A stretch of 64,000 nucleotides of DNA from contig CAVUYB010000033.1 in the NCBI GenBank assembly GCA_963745595.1, forward strand, positions 349 to 64,348. Reading direction: 5' to 3'. Positions 54,493 through 63,146 of the stretch are shown in pieces; positions within the stretch are counted from its first letter, which is position 1; each line of letters opens with the position of its first letter. The position numbers and the translations under genes were made by a program. The notes under the pieces are model-generated. The model saw nothing but the letters and a program-made list of their open reading frames with translations, was not told the origin of the DNA and did no database searches. This DNA comes from an uncultured Actinomycetota bacterium. Lineage in GTDB: Bacteria; Actinomycetota; Acidimicrobiia; Acidimicrobiales; RAAP-2.

Positions 54493-55223
54493 GCCGGACC
54501 GTCCCGACGAACCCGTCGAAAGCCTCCGTGATCCCGCTCCCGCCACTGCTGCTGTCGGCGACCAACCAGATCACGATCAACCTCGGGAAGAGCTTGACGA
54601 AGCCGTCGTCGAGCATCCTGATCATCCTGGCCCTGGCCGTCCTCACGCTGGCGCCGTCGATCCTGATCCTGCTGACCGGGTTCACCCGGATCGTGATCGT
54701 CCTCGGCCTGACCCGCCAGGCGCTCGGCCTCCAGACAATCCCGCCGAACCAGGTGCTCGTCGGCATCGCCCTCTTCATCAGCCTGTTCCTGATGGCGCCG
54801 ACGATCTCGACGGTCAACCACGTCGCGGTCCAGCCGTACCTGCACGGCAAGATCACCGCGTCACAGGCCTACGACCGGGCCGAGGTCCCGATCAAGACGT
54901 GGATGCTCAAGCAGACCGGCCAGGAGGAGCTGGCGTTCACGGCCAACGTGGCGCACGAGAAGGCGACAAAGCCGATGCAGGTGTCGCTGGCCGCCATCAT
55001 CCCGGCCTACCTGCTGTCGGAGCTACGGAGCGCGTTCATCATCGGCTTCGTCATCTTCATCCCGTTCTTGATCATCGATCTCATCGTCGCGTCCACGTTG
55101 ATGGCGATGGGCATCGTCATGTTGCCACCGACGCTCGTCTCGCTGCCGTTCAAGCTGCTGCTCTTCGTGCTGGTCGACGGCTGGGTGCTGGTGACGCAGA
55201 CGTTGGTCACGAGCTTCCGGTGA
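54453..55223 (+). CDS. fliP: flagellar export apparatus protein FliP
   Basis: LAPSILILLTGFTRIVIVLGLTRQALGLQTIPPNQVLVGIALFISLFLMAP ... FIIGFVIFIPFLIIDLIVASTLMAMGIVMLPP. TTG 54489, overlapping the fliO TGA, is an alternative start. Confidence 0.9.
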   Translation: MVGRPPRGDRPALSRTVPTNPSKASVIPLPPLLLSATNQITINLGKSLTKPSSSILIILALAVLTLAPSILILLTGFTRIVIVLGLTRQALGLQTIPPNQVLVGIALFISLFLMAPTISTVNHVAVQPYLHGKITASQAYDRAEVPIKTWMLKQTGQEELAFTANVAHEKATKPMQVSLAAIIPAYLLSELRSAFIIGFVIFIPFLIIDLIVASTLMAMGIVMLPPTLVSLPFKLLLFVLVDGWVLVTQTLVTSFR

Positions 55224-55495
55224 ACGAGCAGGTCGCCATCCATCTGGCCGCGGGGGCGATGACGACCGCGGCCAAGATCGCCGCCCCGATCCTGCTGTCG
55301 GCGATGATCGTCGGTCTGGCCGTCTCCCTCTTCCAGTCGGTGACCCAGATCCAGGAGATGACGCTGACGTTCGTGCCGAAGCTGCTGGTGGTCGCCCTGG
55401 TGATCGGCCTCGCCGGCCACTGGATGCTCGGTCAGTTCGTGGGCTACGTCCACGAGCTCTTCAGCCAGGTGCCACAGCTCATCGGGACAGGGTGA
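55220..55495 (+). CDS. fliQ: flagellar export apparatus protein FliQ
   Basis: GTG 55220 overlaps the fliP TGA. AAPILLSAMIVGLAVSLFQSVTQIQEMTLTFVPKLLVVALV. Confidence 0.85.
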   Translation: MNEQVAIHLAAGAMTTAAKIAAPILLSAMIVGLAVSLFQSVTQIQEMTLTFVPKLLVVALVIGLAGHWMLGQFVGYVHELFSQVPQLIGTG

Positions 55496-55498
55496 CCG

Positions 55499-56266
55499 GT
55501 GACCATCGCGGTCAACGCGTCGTGGCTCATCGCCTTCCTCCTGGTGATGGCCCGAGCTCTGGCCTGGCTGCTGGTGGTGTCGCCGTTCGCCAGCCGGAAG
55601 GTCGTCCCGACGCTGGCGCTGCTCGGCATCGCCGCCGGCTTCGGCTTCTTGGTGGCGCCGCAGCTCGAGACGGCCAGCCTGCCGACGACCACGCCGAGCC
55701 TGATCGGGGCCGTCATCGCCCAGGTACTGACTGGCGCGGCCCTCGGTTTCGTCATCCAGCTGCTCCTGTCCGCGGTCACCGCGGCCGGCAGCATCCTCGA
55801 CCTCGTCGGTGGGCTGACGCTTCCCCCGGCCATCGACCCGTTGAGCCTCGACCAGACGCCGCTGATGGGACAGTTCTACCAACAGGTCGTCGTGCTGCTG
55901 CTCTTCGTCACCGGCGGCTACCTGCTGATGATCGAGGGCTTCGTCAACTCGTTCCGCGGTCCCGGGTTCACGCTCGCCGGTAGCGGACGGGTGGCGTCGG
56001 TGCTCGTGACCGACCTCGGCGTCTTCTTCACGTCCGCCCTCGAGATCGCCGCGCCGATCATGGTCGTGCTGTTCGCCGCCCAGATCGTCCTGGCCCTGCT
56101 GTCGAAGGCGGCACCGCAGGTCAACGTGTGGATCCTCGGCTTCCCGCTCCAGGTCTTCCTCGTGCTCGTGCTGGTGGCCGTGGCCATCTCGGCCATCCCG
56201 GGCTTCCTCACGAACATCTTGACCCGCGGGCTCGGTGATGGCGCCCGCATGTTCGGGGTGCTCTGA
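55499..56266 (+). CDS. fliR: flagellar export apparatus protein FliR
   Basis: 255 aa, polytopic. FLLVMARALAWLLVVSPF...; located between fliQ and flhB. Confidence 0.85.
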   Translation: MTIAVNASWLIAFLLVMARALAWLLVVSPFASRKVVPTLALLGIAAGFGFLVAPQLETASLPTTTPSLIGAVIAQVLTGAALGFVIQLLLSAVTAAGSILDLVGGLTLPPAIDPLSLDQTPLMGQFYQQVVVLLLFVTGGYLLMIEGFVNSFRGPGFTLAGSGRVASVLVTDLGVFFTSALEIAAPIMVVLFAAQIVLALLSKAAPQVNVWILGFPLQVFLVLVLVAVAISAIPGFLTNILTRGLGDGARMFGVL

Positions 56267-56323
56267 GATGGCCGGCGAGGGGCGGCCGGGACCGGTGATC
56301 GGCCAGCGGGGCGGCCGGGGCTG

Positions 56324-57625
56324 ATGGCCGGCGACAAGGACGGGAAGACCGAAAAGCCGACGCCGAAGCGCAAGCGGGAGGCCCGTGAGCGCGGGCAGGT
56401 CGCCCGCTCGCCGGACGTCGGCGGCTGGGCGGCGGTGCTGCTCGGGTCGTTCCTCTTGCCCTGGATGTTCCAGATGGCCAAGAACCGCGTCCTGGCCGTC
56501 ACGAACGACATCGTCCCGGTGATGCGCCACCCGACGGTGCCCGGCGCCCTCTCGGCCCTCGGGACCGGGCTCCTCCAGGTCGTGTACTACGGCGTCACCG
56601 TCGGGGCGACCTTTGCGTTGCTCGGCGTCGTCGTCAACCTGGCCGAAGTCGGTCGGGCCACGTCGCTGAAGGCCGCGGCGCCACAACTGTCTCGGCTCAG
56701 CCCGAAGGCCGGCATCAAGCGACTGGCGTCGCCGAACACGCTGTGGGAGCTGGCGAAGCAACTGCTAAAGCTGTCCATCCTGGCCGTCGTCGGCTACGGC
56801 GCATTGCGCGGCCTGACCGTCGCGGTGGCCGGCACCGCCCCGGTCAGCCTCTCGCCGATCCTCGCCTACACCGCGGGGTCGCTCCTGCGGTTCATCCGCA
56901 CCGTCGCCCTGCTCGGCCTGATGCTCGGCCTGGCCGACTACGGCGTCCAGCGCTACCGGTTGAACCAGTCGATGAAGATGACGAAGCAAGAGGTGAAGGA
57001 CGAGCACCGCCAGTCCGAGGGCGACCCGACGATGAAGGGCCAGCTGAAGCGCAAGCAGTACCTCATCGCCCGGTCGAGGATGATGGCGGCGGTCAAGACC
57101 GCCGACGTCGTCGTGGCCAACCCGACGCACTTTGCCGTCGCCCTCCGGTACCAGCCGTCGAAAGGTGGCGCCCCACGCGTCGTCGCCAAAGGGGCCGACG
57201 GGATGGCCGCCCGGATCCGGGACGAGGCGTCGACCCACGGCGTGCCCGTCGTCGAGGACCCCCCGCTGGCCCGGTACCTCTTCGCCGTCTGCGACGTCGA
57301 CCAGCAGATCCCCGGCGCCGTCTACGTCGCTGTCGCCCAGGTCATCGCCTTCGTCTATTCGCTGTCGCCGGGCACCCGCGGCATCGGCGTGCACCGGCGC
57401 CCGCACTCGCTCGTGCCGACCGTCGACCCGGCCGAGCCGCCGCCGGCCGTGGCCCAGGCCCGGCGGCGCCGGCAGGCGCAGCTCGCCCGACGACAGCCAG
57501 CCGCGGCTCCAGATGGCGCCGGCCACCCGGCGAACACCGACCGGGCCGTCGCCGGCGGCCAGGCGCCCGGTGGACAGGCGGCCGGTGGACAGACGCCGGG
57601 CGACCAGGCGGTGGTGCGGGCATGA
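56324..57625 (+). CDS. flhB: flagellar export switch protein FlhB
   Basis: DGKTEKPTPKRKREARERGQVARS..., the NPTH autocleavage site (VVANPTHFAVALRY), and PLARYLF. The C-terminal extension contains GGQAP-type repeats. Confidence 0.9.
   Translation: MAGDKDGKTEKPTPKRKREARERGQVARSPDVGGWAAVLLGSFLLPWMFQMAKNRVLAVTNDIVPVMRHPTVPGALSALGTGLLQVVYYGVTVGATFALLGVVVNLAEVGRATSLKAAAPQLSRLSPKAGIKRLASPNTLWELAKQLLKLSILAVVGYGALRGLTVAVAGTAPVSLSPILAYTAGSLLRFIRTVALLGLMLGLADYGVQRYRLNQSMKMTKQEVKDEHRQSEGDPTMKGQLKRKQYLIARSRMMAAVKTADVVVANPTHFAVALRYQPSKGGAPRVVAKGADGMAARIRDEASTHGVPVVEDPPLARYLFAVCDVDQQIPGAVYVAVAQVIAFVYSLSPGTRGIGVHRRPHSLVPTVDPAEPPPAVAQARRRRQAQLARRQPAAAPDGAGHPANTDRAVAGGQAPGGQAAGGQTPGDQAVVRA
57554..57613. repeat. 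in-frame 15-bp tandem repeat, 4 degenerate units (peptide GGQAP GGQAA GGQTP GDQAV) in the FlhB tail
   Basis: Read directly from the sequence. Confidence 0.7.
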
Positions 57626-57806
57626 CCCGGTGTGTCGGCCGCGGCCGGTCCCGCGTCAGTCGGCGCTGGCCCGGCGGCGGTCACCGTCAGACACGACGGA
57701 CGCACGACGTCCACTACCGTTGGGGGCCCGTCGGCTCGGCCGGGCCCGGCGGCCGACGCCGCCCGGGACCAGCGCTCGCCCCTCGGGTCGTGGCAGGAGG
57801 AGGCTC

Positions 57807-58457
57807 ATGCGGCGCGAAGGGGACCGGCGGCTCATCACCGAGGTGCTGTTGGAGACCCGCGGCCGGACGGAGATGCGCCTCCTCGAGCCCGGTGCCAGCC
57901 CGGCCGGCCTGCTCGACTTGCTCCAGCGCCACGCCGTCCCCGGCGATCTCGTCACGCTCGTCCACGTCGGCGACACGTGGACGGCGTCGACGCTCACCCG
58001 GGAGTGGCCGTTCGACGAGGCGATGGCCGCCAACCTGCTGGCCGACCGTAGCCCGACGGTCGTGGAGCGGGCCGAGTCCCGCGTCGTCCAGCTCGGGGCG
58101 GCCGGGAACCTGGCCGTCGTCAGCGGGGCCAGCGGCAGCCGCCAGCGCTTCCCGAACTGGATCTTCGGCATGACGCGCCGCCCGGCGTCGCTGGTCGTCG
58201 GTTGGACGACCCGGGACGGTTCCCCCCGGCTGCTCACGTTCTCGAGAAGCCCGGACTTCCTCGCCGCGGTCGACGGCGGCGACGCACCCGGCGGCGGTCG
58301 GGCGGTGGCGCCGGAGGTGCTCGCCCGCCGCGTGCCCAACCGATCCGTCGTCTACCGGTTCCAGCTGGCCCGGCCGCTGGTCCGCCGGTCCCGGAGCGAC
58401 GATCCCGTCGCCGCCTCGGTCCCGACCCCGGTCGAGGAAGAGGGCGTGGCGCCGTGA
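57807..58457 (+). CDS. hypothetical protein (216 aa) with a weak PilZ-like N-terminal motif
   Basis: ATG 57807 follows GGAGGAGG. N-terminus MRREGDRR (RRxxxR-like), and about 24 residues later GASPAGLL (degenerate D/NxSxxG). Final 216 codons of ORF 57132..58457. Confidence 0.5.
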   Translation: MRREGDRRLITEVLLETRGRTEMRLLEPGASPAGLLDLLQRHAVPGDLVTLVHVGDTWTASTLTREWPFDEAMAANLLADRSPTVVERAESRVVQLGAAGNLAVVSGASGSRQRFPNWIFGMTRRPASLVVGWTTRDGSPRLLTFSRSPDFLAAVDGGDAPGGGRAVAPEVLARRVPNRSVVYRFQLARPLVRRSRSDDPVAASVPTPVEEEGVAP

Positions 58458-59137
58458 TCCGACGTCGGTCGCACCGGTCGAGGCATCTCCGACCGCTTGG
58501 CGACCGCCCGTCCGGCGACGGGGCCGGTGACCGCCGGGTCGGTGACGCCGAGCGGTCCGGGGCCGCCGACGCGCTGGCCCGGGCCCAGCGAGAGGGGCGG
58601 TTCGGGAGCTCCGACCTCTACGAGCAACGGATGGACGAGCTGCCGACGGCCCGTTGCCAGGCCGACCTCGATCGGCTCACCGGCGACCTCGATGACCTCG
58701 TGCCGGCGCCGGTCCGACAGGAGGTGCTCGAGGCGGTGGCCCGGGCCCACGCCCGCGGCGTCCTCGACTTCGACGAGTTCGACGTTCGGAGCGACCGGGG
58801 CCTCGGTCCGCTCACCTACGCGGCGGCCGAGCGGCTCGTCGGTGACCTCGGCTACGAGGTCACCAGCCGGACCGCGCCGGCGCCGAGCCGGTGGCGCCGC
58901 CGGTTCCGGGTCGTCGCGGTGCCGGCCGCGGTCGGTGGCCTCGTCGGCACCGCGTTGGTGGCCGTCCCGGCGGCCGTCGACCTCCCCGGTGATGCCGTGC
59001 ACTGGTTGCCGCTGGCCGTCGGCACTGGCCTGTTCGCCGCGGTCGGGACGGCGATCGCCGCGGTGGCCTGGAAGGTGCGCCGACCGACCGGGGCTGGCGG
59101 CCACCCCGGGGCTGGCGGCCACCCCGGTGCCGGCTGA
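58454..59137 (+). CDS. DUF1707-like membrane protein (two DUF1707-type helices plus two TM segments)
   Basis: GTG 58454 overlaps the upstream TGA. VGDAERSGAADALARAQREGRFGSSDLYEQRMDELPTARCQADLDRLTGDL and a second similar unit. The C-terminus has a GAGGHP x2 repeat (18-bp units, 59090-59125). Confidence 0.6.
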   Translation: MIRRRSHRSRHLRPLGDRPSGDGAGDRRVGDAERSGAADALARAQREGRFGSSDLYEQRMDELPTARCQADLDRLTGDLDDLVPAPVRQEVLEAVARAHARGVLDFDEFDVRSDRGLGPLTYAAAERLVGDLGYEVTSRTAPAPSRWRRRFRVVAVPAAVGGLVGTALVAVPAAVDLPGDAVHWLPLAVGTGLFAAVGTAIAAVAWKVRRPTGAGGHPGAGGHPGAG

Positions 59138-59260
59138 CGGCCGCGGCCCGCTGCTACCATCCCTGGCGATTGCCGGTCGACTGGCGCGACGGGACGCGAG
59201 ACCCGGGCTCCGTGGGGGCCCGGGAGGGGGCGCCGACTTGGCAGCTCGGAGCAACACGCC

Positions 59261-60196
59261 ATGACGACCTACCTCCTCTCCCAAGAAGGACGGCAGTGCC
59301 GTGTCCACGCGGCCTGGTGGACCCCTGACGGCGAGGAGACGACCGGCGTCGTGCTGCTGCCGGACCGGCGGATCGCCTCGCGGTTGGCGACGAGCCTCGG
59401 GATACTCTCCGAGGCGATCTGGGGGCAGACCGCCGAGTCGCCCGGTGACCCGCTGCCCGTCCCGCCGGCCATGGCTGCCCTCGTGGCCGGCCGTAACGGA
59501 TCGGCCACGATGTCGTCGGCCACGGTGCCGGCCGCGGACCCGGGTGGTCGGTCCCGGCCCGATGCCGTTCGCCTCCGGGCACGGATTGCCGACGACGAGG
59601 CCCGGACGATCGTCGAGCTGGTGGCCGGGCTCCCGGACGAGACGGTCCTCCGGTTGCGGGAGGAGATCGACAGCGAGCTGACCGCGGCGTCGGCGACGAC
59701 ACCGTCCGACCTCGACGAGACGGACCGCCGCTGGCAGCGCTTCCGTCGCCTCGATCCGGCCGGGTTCCTCGCCCTGTGGGCCAACGACGACCACCCCGAT
59801 GCGCCGTTCCTGGCGTGGGCCGTCGGGCGGCCGGTGCATGCGGTCGCCGACCGGGAGAGCGGCCTGGTCACCCATTGCGTCGACGTCGGGGAGGGGATCG
59901 AGGTCCGGATCACCCCGGACACGGTCGGCGACGATCCGGTCCTGCGCATCGACATGCAGTGCGAGGGCGCGACCCGCGCCTACCTCGACATCGACGACGT
60001 CGGCGAGTACGGGCACGCCGGGGCGCTGTTGGCCGAGATCCGCGAGCGACTCACGCCTCACTACCTCGTCGACGCCGTCGTCCGCACCGAGGCGACCTAC
60101 CAGCCGGCGCCGAGCGAGGACGATCTCGTCGCTTTCGACCACGTCATCCGTCGGTTGAACGCACTGTTGCCGGCCGACGAACCCGGACCGGCCTGA
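59261..60196 (+). CDS. hypothetical protein (311 aa)
   Basis: Clean ATG ORF with high GC3. No family recognised. Confidence 0.5.
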   Translation: MTTYLLSQEGRQCRVHAAWWTPDGEETTGVVLLPDRRIASRLATSLGILSEAIWGQTAESPGDPLPVPPAMAALVAGRNGSATMSSATVPAADPGGRSRPDAVRLRARIADDEARTIVELVAGLPDETVLRLREEIDSELTAASATTPSDLDETDRRWQRFRRLDPAGFLALWANDDHPDAPFLAWAVGRPVHAVADRESGLVTHCVDVGEGIEVRITPDTVGDDPVLRIDMQCEGATRAYLDIDDVGEYGHAGALLAEIRERLTPHYLVDAVVRTEATYQPAPSEDDLVAFDHVIRRLNALLPADEPGPA

Positions 60197-60240
60197 CCGC
60201 CTGCGGTCCGCCGCCGCCGCCCTCGGTCGTCGCCTGACCC

Positions 60241-61567
60241 CTAGCGTCGCTCGGGGATGCTGCCCAGCGCGTCGGGGGCCACGCCGTAGCGGTCGTGGCA
60301 GCGATCGGAGCAGAAGTAGACCGGCTGGCCGTCGTCGACGGTCCGAGCTGGGGCCTCGGCCTTGCGGACCTGCATCCCGCAGACCGGGTCCCGGGCGTAC
60401 TGATCGCCGGCCCCGAGCTGCTCGCGATGGCGGTACAGCCAGTAGACGACGGCGAACAGGCCGAGGAAGACGATGTTCAGGTACGTCGTGTAGTTCCACG
60501 AGAAGTGCGACGTCGTGATCGCCACCGACCGGTTCGTCGGGACAAGCCCGGCCGCCCGAAAGATGCCCTCGGTGGCCAGCCCGGCCAGTGACATGACGAC
60601 CCAGAACACCGCCAGCAGGCGCAGGGTCAACCGGATGCCGTAGTAGCGGCGGTAGACGAGGAGGAGGGGGAACGTGATGAGGTCGGCGAAGATGAACGAG
60701 ACGACGCCGCCGAACGAGATGCCGCCGCCCCACAACGCGGCGGCCAGCGGGACGTTGCCGATCGAGCAGACGAAGCTGATGATCGCGATGAACGGCCCGA
60801 CGATGACGTTCTCCAGGCTCGTCCAGAAGCCGTGACCGTGGAGGAAGATCGTGTTCCAGAAATGGACCGGCACGAGGACGGCCAGGAACCCGGCCACGAC
60901 GTAGCCGAGGACCAGCTCGCGCCGGAGCATCGTCAGGTCCGACATCGTGTACGTCGCCGCGTCGGCCCAGGCACCGCGGTCACGGATCCGCGTGCGCCAC
61001 CCGTGCGGCCGGGCTCGCACTGCTGTCGCGGTGGTCTCCGTGGTCCCCGGGCTCGTGGTGCTCGTGGGCGTCGGACGAGCCGGCGGTCGGCTCGTTCAGT
61101 CGCTCTCGGGCCGCCGCCACGCGTCGACCGCCGAGGAACACCCCGCCGAGTAGGACGAGGAGGACGATCATGATCGCCCCGCCGACGAACTCGCTGGCCG
61201 CGAACTGCCAGCCCATGAGCACGACGAGGACGATGCCGAGCTCGACGACGAGGTTGGTCGAGGCGAACATGAAGACCATCGCCGTGACGAAGTCGGCTCC
61301 CTTGGCGAACAGCGACTTGGCCATCGCCGACGCCGCGTACGAGCACGACGAGGACGCCATGCCATAGGCCGACGCCCGGGCCACCGCCGTCGGCCGGTGA
61401 TCGCCCAGCGCTCGCCGCATGGCGTCGCGGCTGACGAACGTCTGGACGGCGCCGGACAGGGTGAACCCGAGCACCAGCGGCCAGAGCGTCTGCCAGAACA
61501 TGAAGAAGCTCTCGCGCAGGCTGCGCCCGATGTCGTCGAGGACGGCGACCGTGGCGAGCATCGTCAA
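60241..61567 (-). pseudogene. polytopic permease (DUF318/ArsP-like) with C-terminal YHS/TRASH metal-binding domain; frameshifted near 61015 as assembled
   Basis: ORF 60980..61567 (GMASSSCSYAASAMAKSLF, His-rich loop) and ORF 60241..61020 (second permease half, ending DPVCGMQVRKAEAPARTVDDGQPVYFCSDRCHDRY) are in different frames. Confidence 0.7.
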
Positions 61568-61848
61568 GAGCGAACGAGCCGGGCGATGGCCGCCGACGCT
61601 TCGCTGATCTTGACCGACGCCTCGTCGCCGCCGTCGTGCACCGCGTCAGCGACGCAGTGGGCGAGGTGGTCGTCGAGCAGCTGCAGGGCCACCGACTGCA
61701 GGGCCTTCGTCACCGCCGCGACCTGTTCGAGCACGTTGATGCAGTACCGGTCCTCGTCGACCATCCGCTGGAGGCCGCGCACCTGGCCTTCGATCCGCCG
61801 GAGGCGTCGCTGCACGGCGAGCTTGTGTTCGCTGTAGCCGGGGTCCAT
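61564..61848 (-). CDS. csoR: CsoR/RcnR-family metal-sensing repressor
   Basis: ATG 61848 (residue 28 of ORF 61564..61929). RLRRIEGQVRGLQRMVDEDRYCINVLEQ...DDHLAHCV supplies the C-H-C ligand set. ATGA overlap with the permease start. Confidence 0.85.
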   Translation of the reverse strand: MDPGYSEHKLAVQRRLRRIEGQVRGLQRMVDEDRYCINVLEQVAAVTKALQSVALQLLDDHLAHCVADAVHDGGDEASVKISEASAAIARLVRS

Positions 61849-61886
61849 GGCGGCCTCCTCTGGTCGATGTTCGATCGAACGGGCGG

Positions 61887-61903
61887 ATACCCCCCAGGAG
61901 TAT
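61887..61903 (-). promoter_or_regulatory. candidate CsoR operator (ATACCCC-CCA-GGAGTAT) overlapping a TATACT -10-like hexamer
   Basis: Imperfect inverted repeat with arms ATACCCC / ATACTCC, about 40 nt upstream of the csoR ATG. On the minus strand, TATACT lies at 61904-61899. Confidence 0.5.
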
Positions 61904-61961
61904 AAAGAACGGCGTGGGTGGAGGGCCACTTCGCCGCCCGGACAGTCGGGGGTGTGAAGGT

Positions 61962-62245
61962 CTACGACCTCTCGTCGTCGTCGTCGTCGTTGGCGTCGTC
62001 CGGGTGATCGGTCGGCGTCGGCGCCGCGCGGCCGTCCGGCGGCGGCCGCGGTAGGTGCTGGCCAGCAGCATGACGATGGCCAGGAGGGGCAGGACCACCG
62101 CGCCGACCACCCGATGATCGCGCAGGGCGAAGGCCACGCCGACGATGATCAGCGTGGCCACGAAGAGGTCCGGGGTGTCCCCGACGAGGAACTCCCACCA
62201 GAACCGGCCGAAGGCCTTGAGGGCGCCGACGATGGCCGAGGTCAT
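61962..62245 (-). CDS. small membrane protein; C-terminus appears frame-shifted near 62040
   Basis: ATG 62245 overlaps the upstream TGA (ATGA). MTSAIVGALKAFGRFWWEFLVGDTPDLFVATLIIVGVAFAL...LLASTYRGRR. That frame then runs with no stop through the csoR promoter. The adjacent frame ends PPDGRAAPTPTDHPDDANDDDDDERS with a stop at 61962. Confidence 0.4.
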
Positions 62246-63132
62246 TGGGCCGCCGGCTCCCCGGTCGAGGCCGAGGGCCGACTGCCGGTCGCCGACCGGC
62301 TCGGCCGTCTGCCCGCCGACCGGGTCGGCCGTGTGCTCTCGGGCAGCAAGGTGCGCATCCAGGCGACCGCGATCGCCGTCACGCCGGCGAACACCGCGAT
62401 CAACACGAGGATGGCCAGGTCGCTCCCGGGCCAGTGGACGCCGGCTCCCTCCCCGACCCAGAACAGGCCGAAGCTCGTCAGCATGATCCCGACAACGGTC
62501 TTGATGGTGTTCTCGGGCACGGCCGCCAGCTGGCGGGCCACGACCAGTCCGACCACGGCGACCATGACCGCGGCCGCCGCGGCGGCCAGCGCGGCGAGTC
62601 CGAGACGATGCTGGCTGGCGCCGAGGCTGACCACGATGAGGACGACCTCGGTCCCCTCCAAGAAGACGCCCTTGAAGGCCACGGCGAAGCCGACCCCGTC
62701 CCGCCGACGGGAGCCGGGCTGGCCTGTTCCCCGGCGGAGATCGGCAGTGCCGTCGTGCCGACGGAGATCGGCAGTGCCGTCGGGCCGACGGAGATCGGCC
62801 GTGGTCTCGGCGAAGATGGCGTCCTCGTCGTGCTTGGCCTTGTGCCCGCTGGCCCGCAGGATGGCCTTGCGGAGCCAGGACAGGCCGAGGACGAGGAGCA
62901 GCGCGCCGACCACCACCCGGAGGGCGTCGAGCGGGACGTAGTGGATGAGGGGGATCCCGACCGCACCGACCAAGGCCCCGAGGACGATCACCGCGGCGGC
63001 GGCGCCCTCGAGGGCCGAACGCCATCCTCGGGTGGTCCCGGCGGCCACCACGATGGTGAGGGCCTCGACCATCTCGACGGTGCTGGCCCCGAAGACCGCG
63101 AGGAGCAGGACGACGGTCGACGAGGTGCTCAC
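62242..63132 (-). CDS. polytopic membrane protein with two internal E-rich TM motifs (VEMVEAL / FLEGTEVV); family not identified
   Basis: GTG 63132 within ORF 62242..63975. About 6 TM segments. The central loop carries ADLRR(P/H)DGT repeats. Confidence 0.55.
   Translation of the reverse strand: MSTSSTVVLLLAVFGASTVEMVEALTIVVAAGTTRGWRSALEGAAAAVIVLGALVGAVGIPLIHYVPLDALRVVVGALLLVLGLSWLRKAILRASGHKAKHDEDAIFAETTADLRRPDGTADLRRHDGTADLRRGTGQPGSRRRDGVGFAVAFKGVFLEGTEVVLIVVSLGASQHRLGLAALAAAAAAVMVAVVGLVVARQLAAVPENTIKTVVGIMLTSFGLFWVGEGAGVHWPGSDLAILVLIAVFAGVTAIAVAWMRTLLPESTRPTRSAGRRPSRSATGSRPSASTGEPAAQ
62731..62811. repeat. in-frame 27-bp tandem repeat x3 (peptide TADLRRPDG-like) in the membrane-protein loop
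   Basis: Units at 62731-62757, 62758-62784 and 62785-62811, read directly. Confidence 0.8.
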
Positions 63133-63146
63133 CGCCGCCGTCCGGT

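Noticed and set aside
58352-60733. 793-aa minus-strand ORF
   Set aside because: It is antisense to three plus-strand ORFs that have proper starts and ribosome-binding sites, and it runs into the permease gene. The translation is Arg/Pro/Gly-rich.
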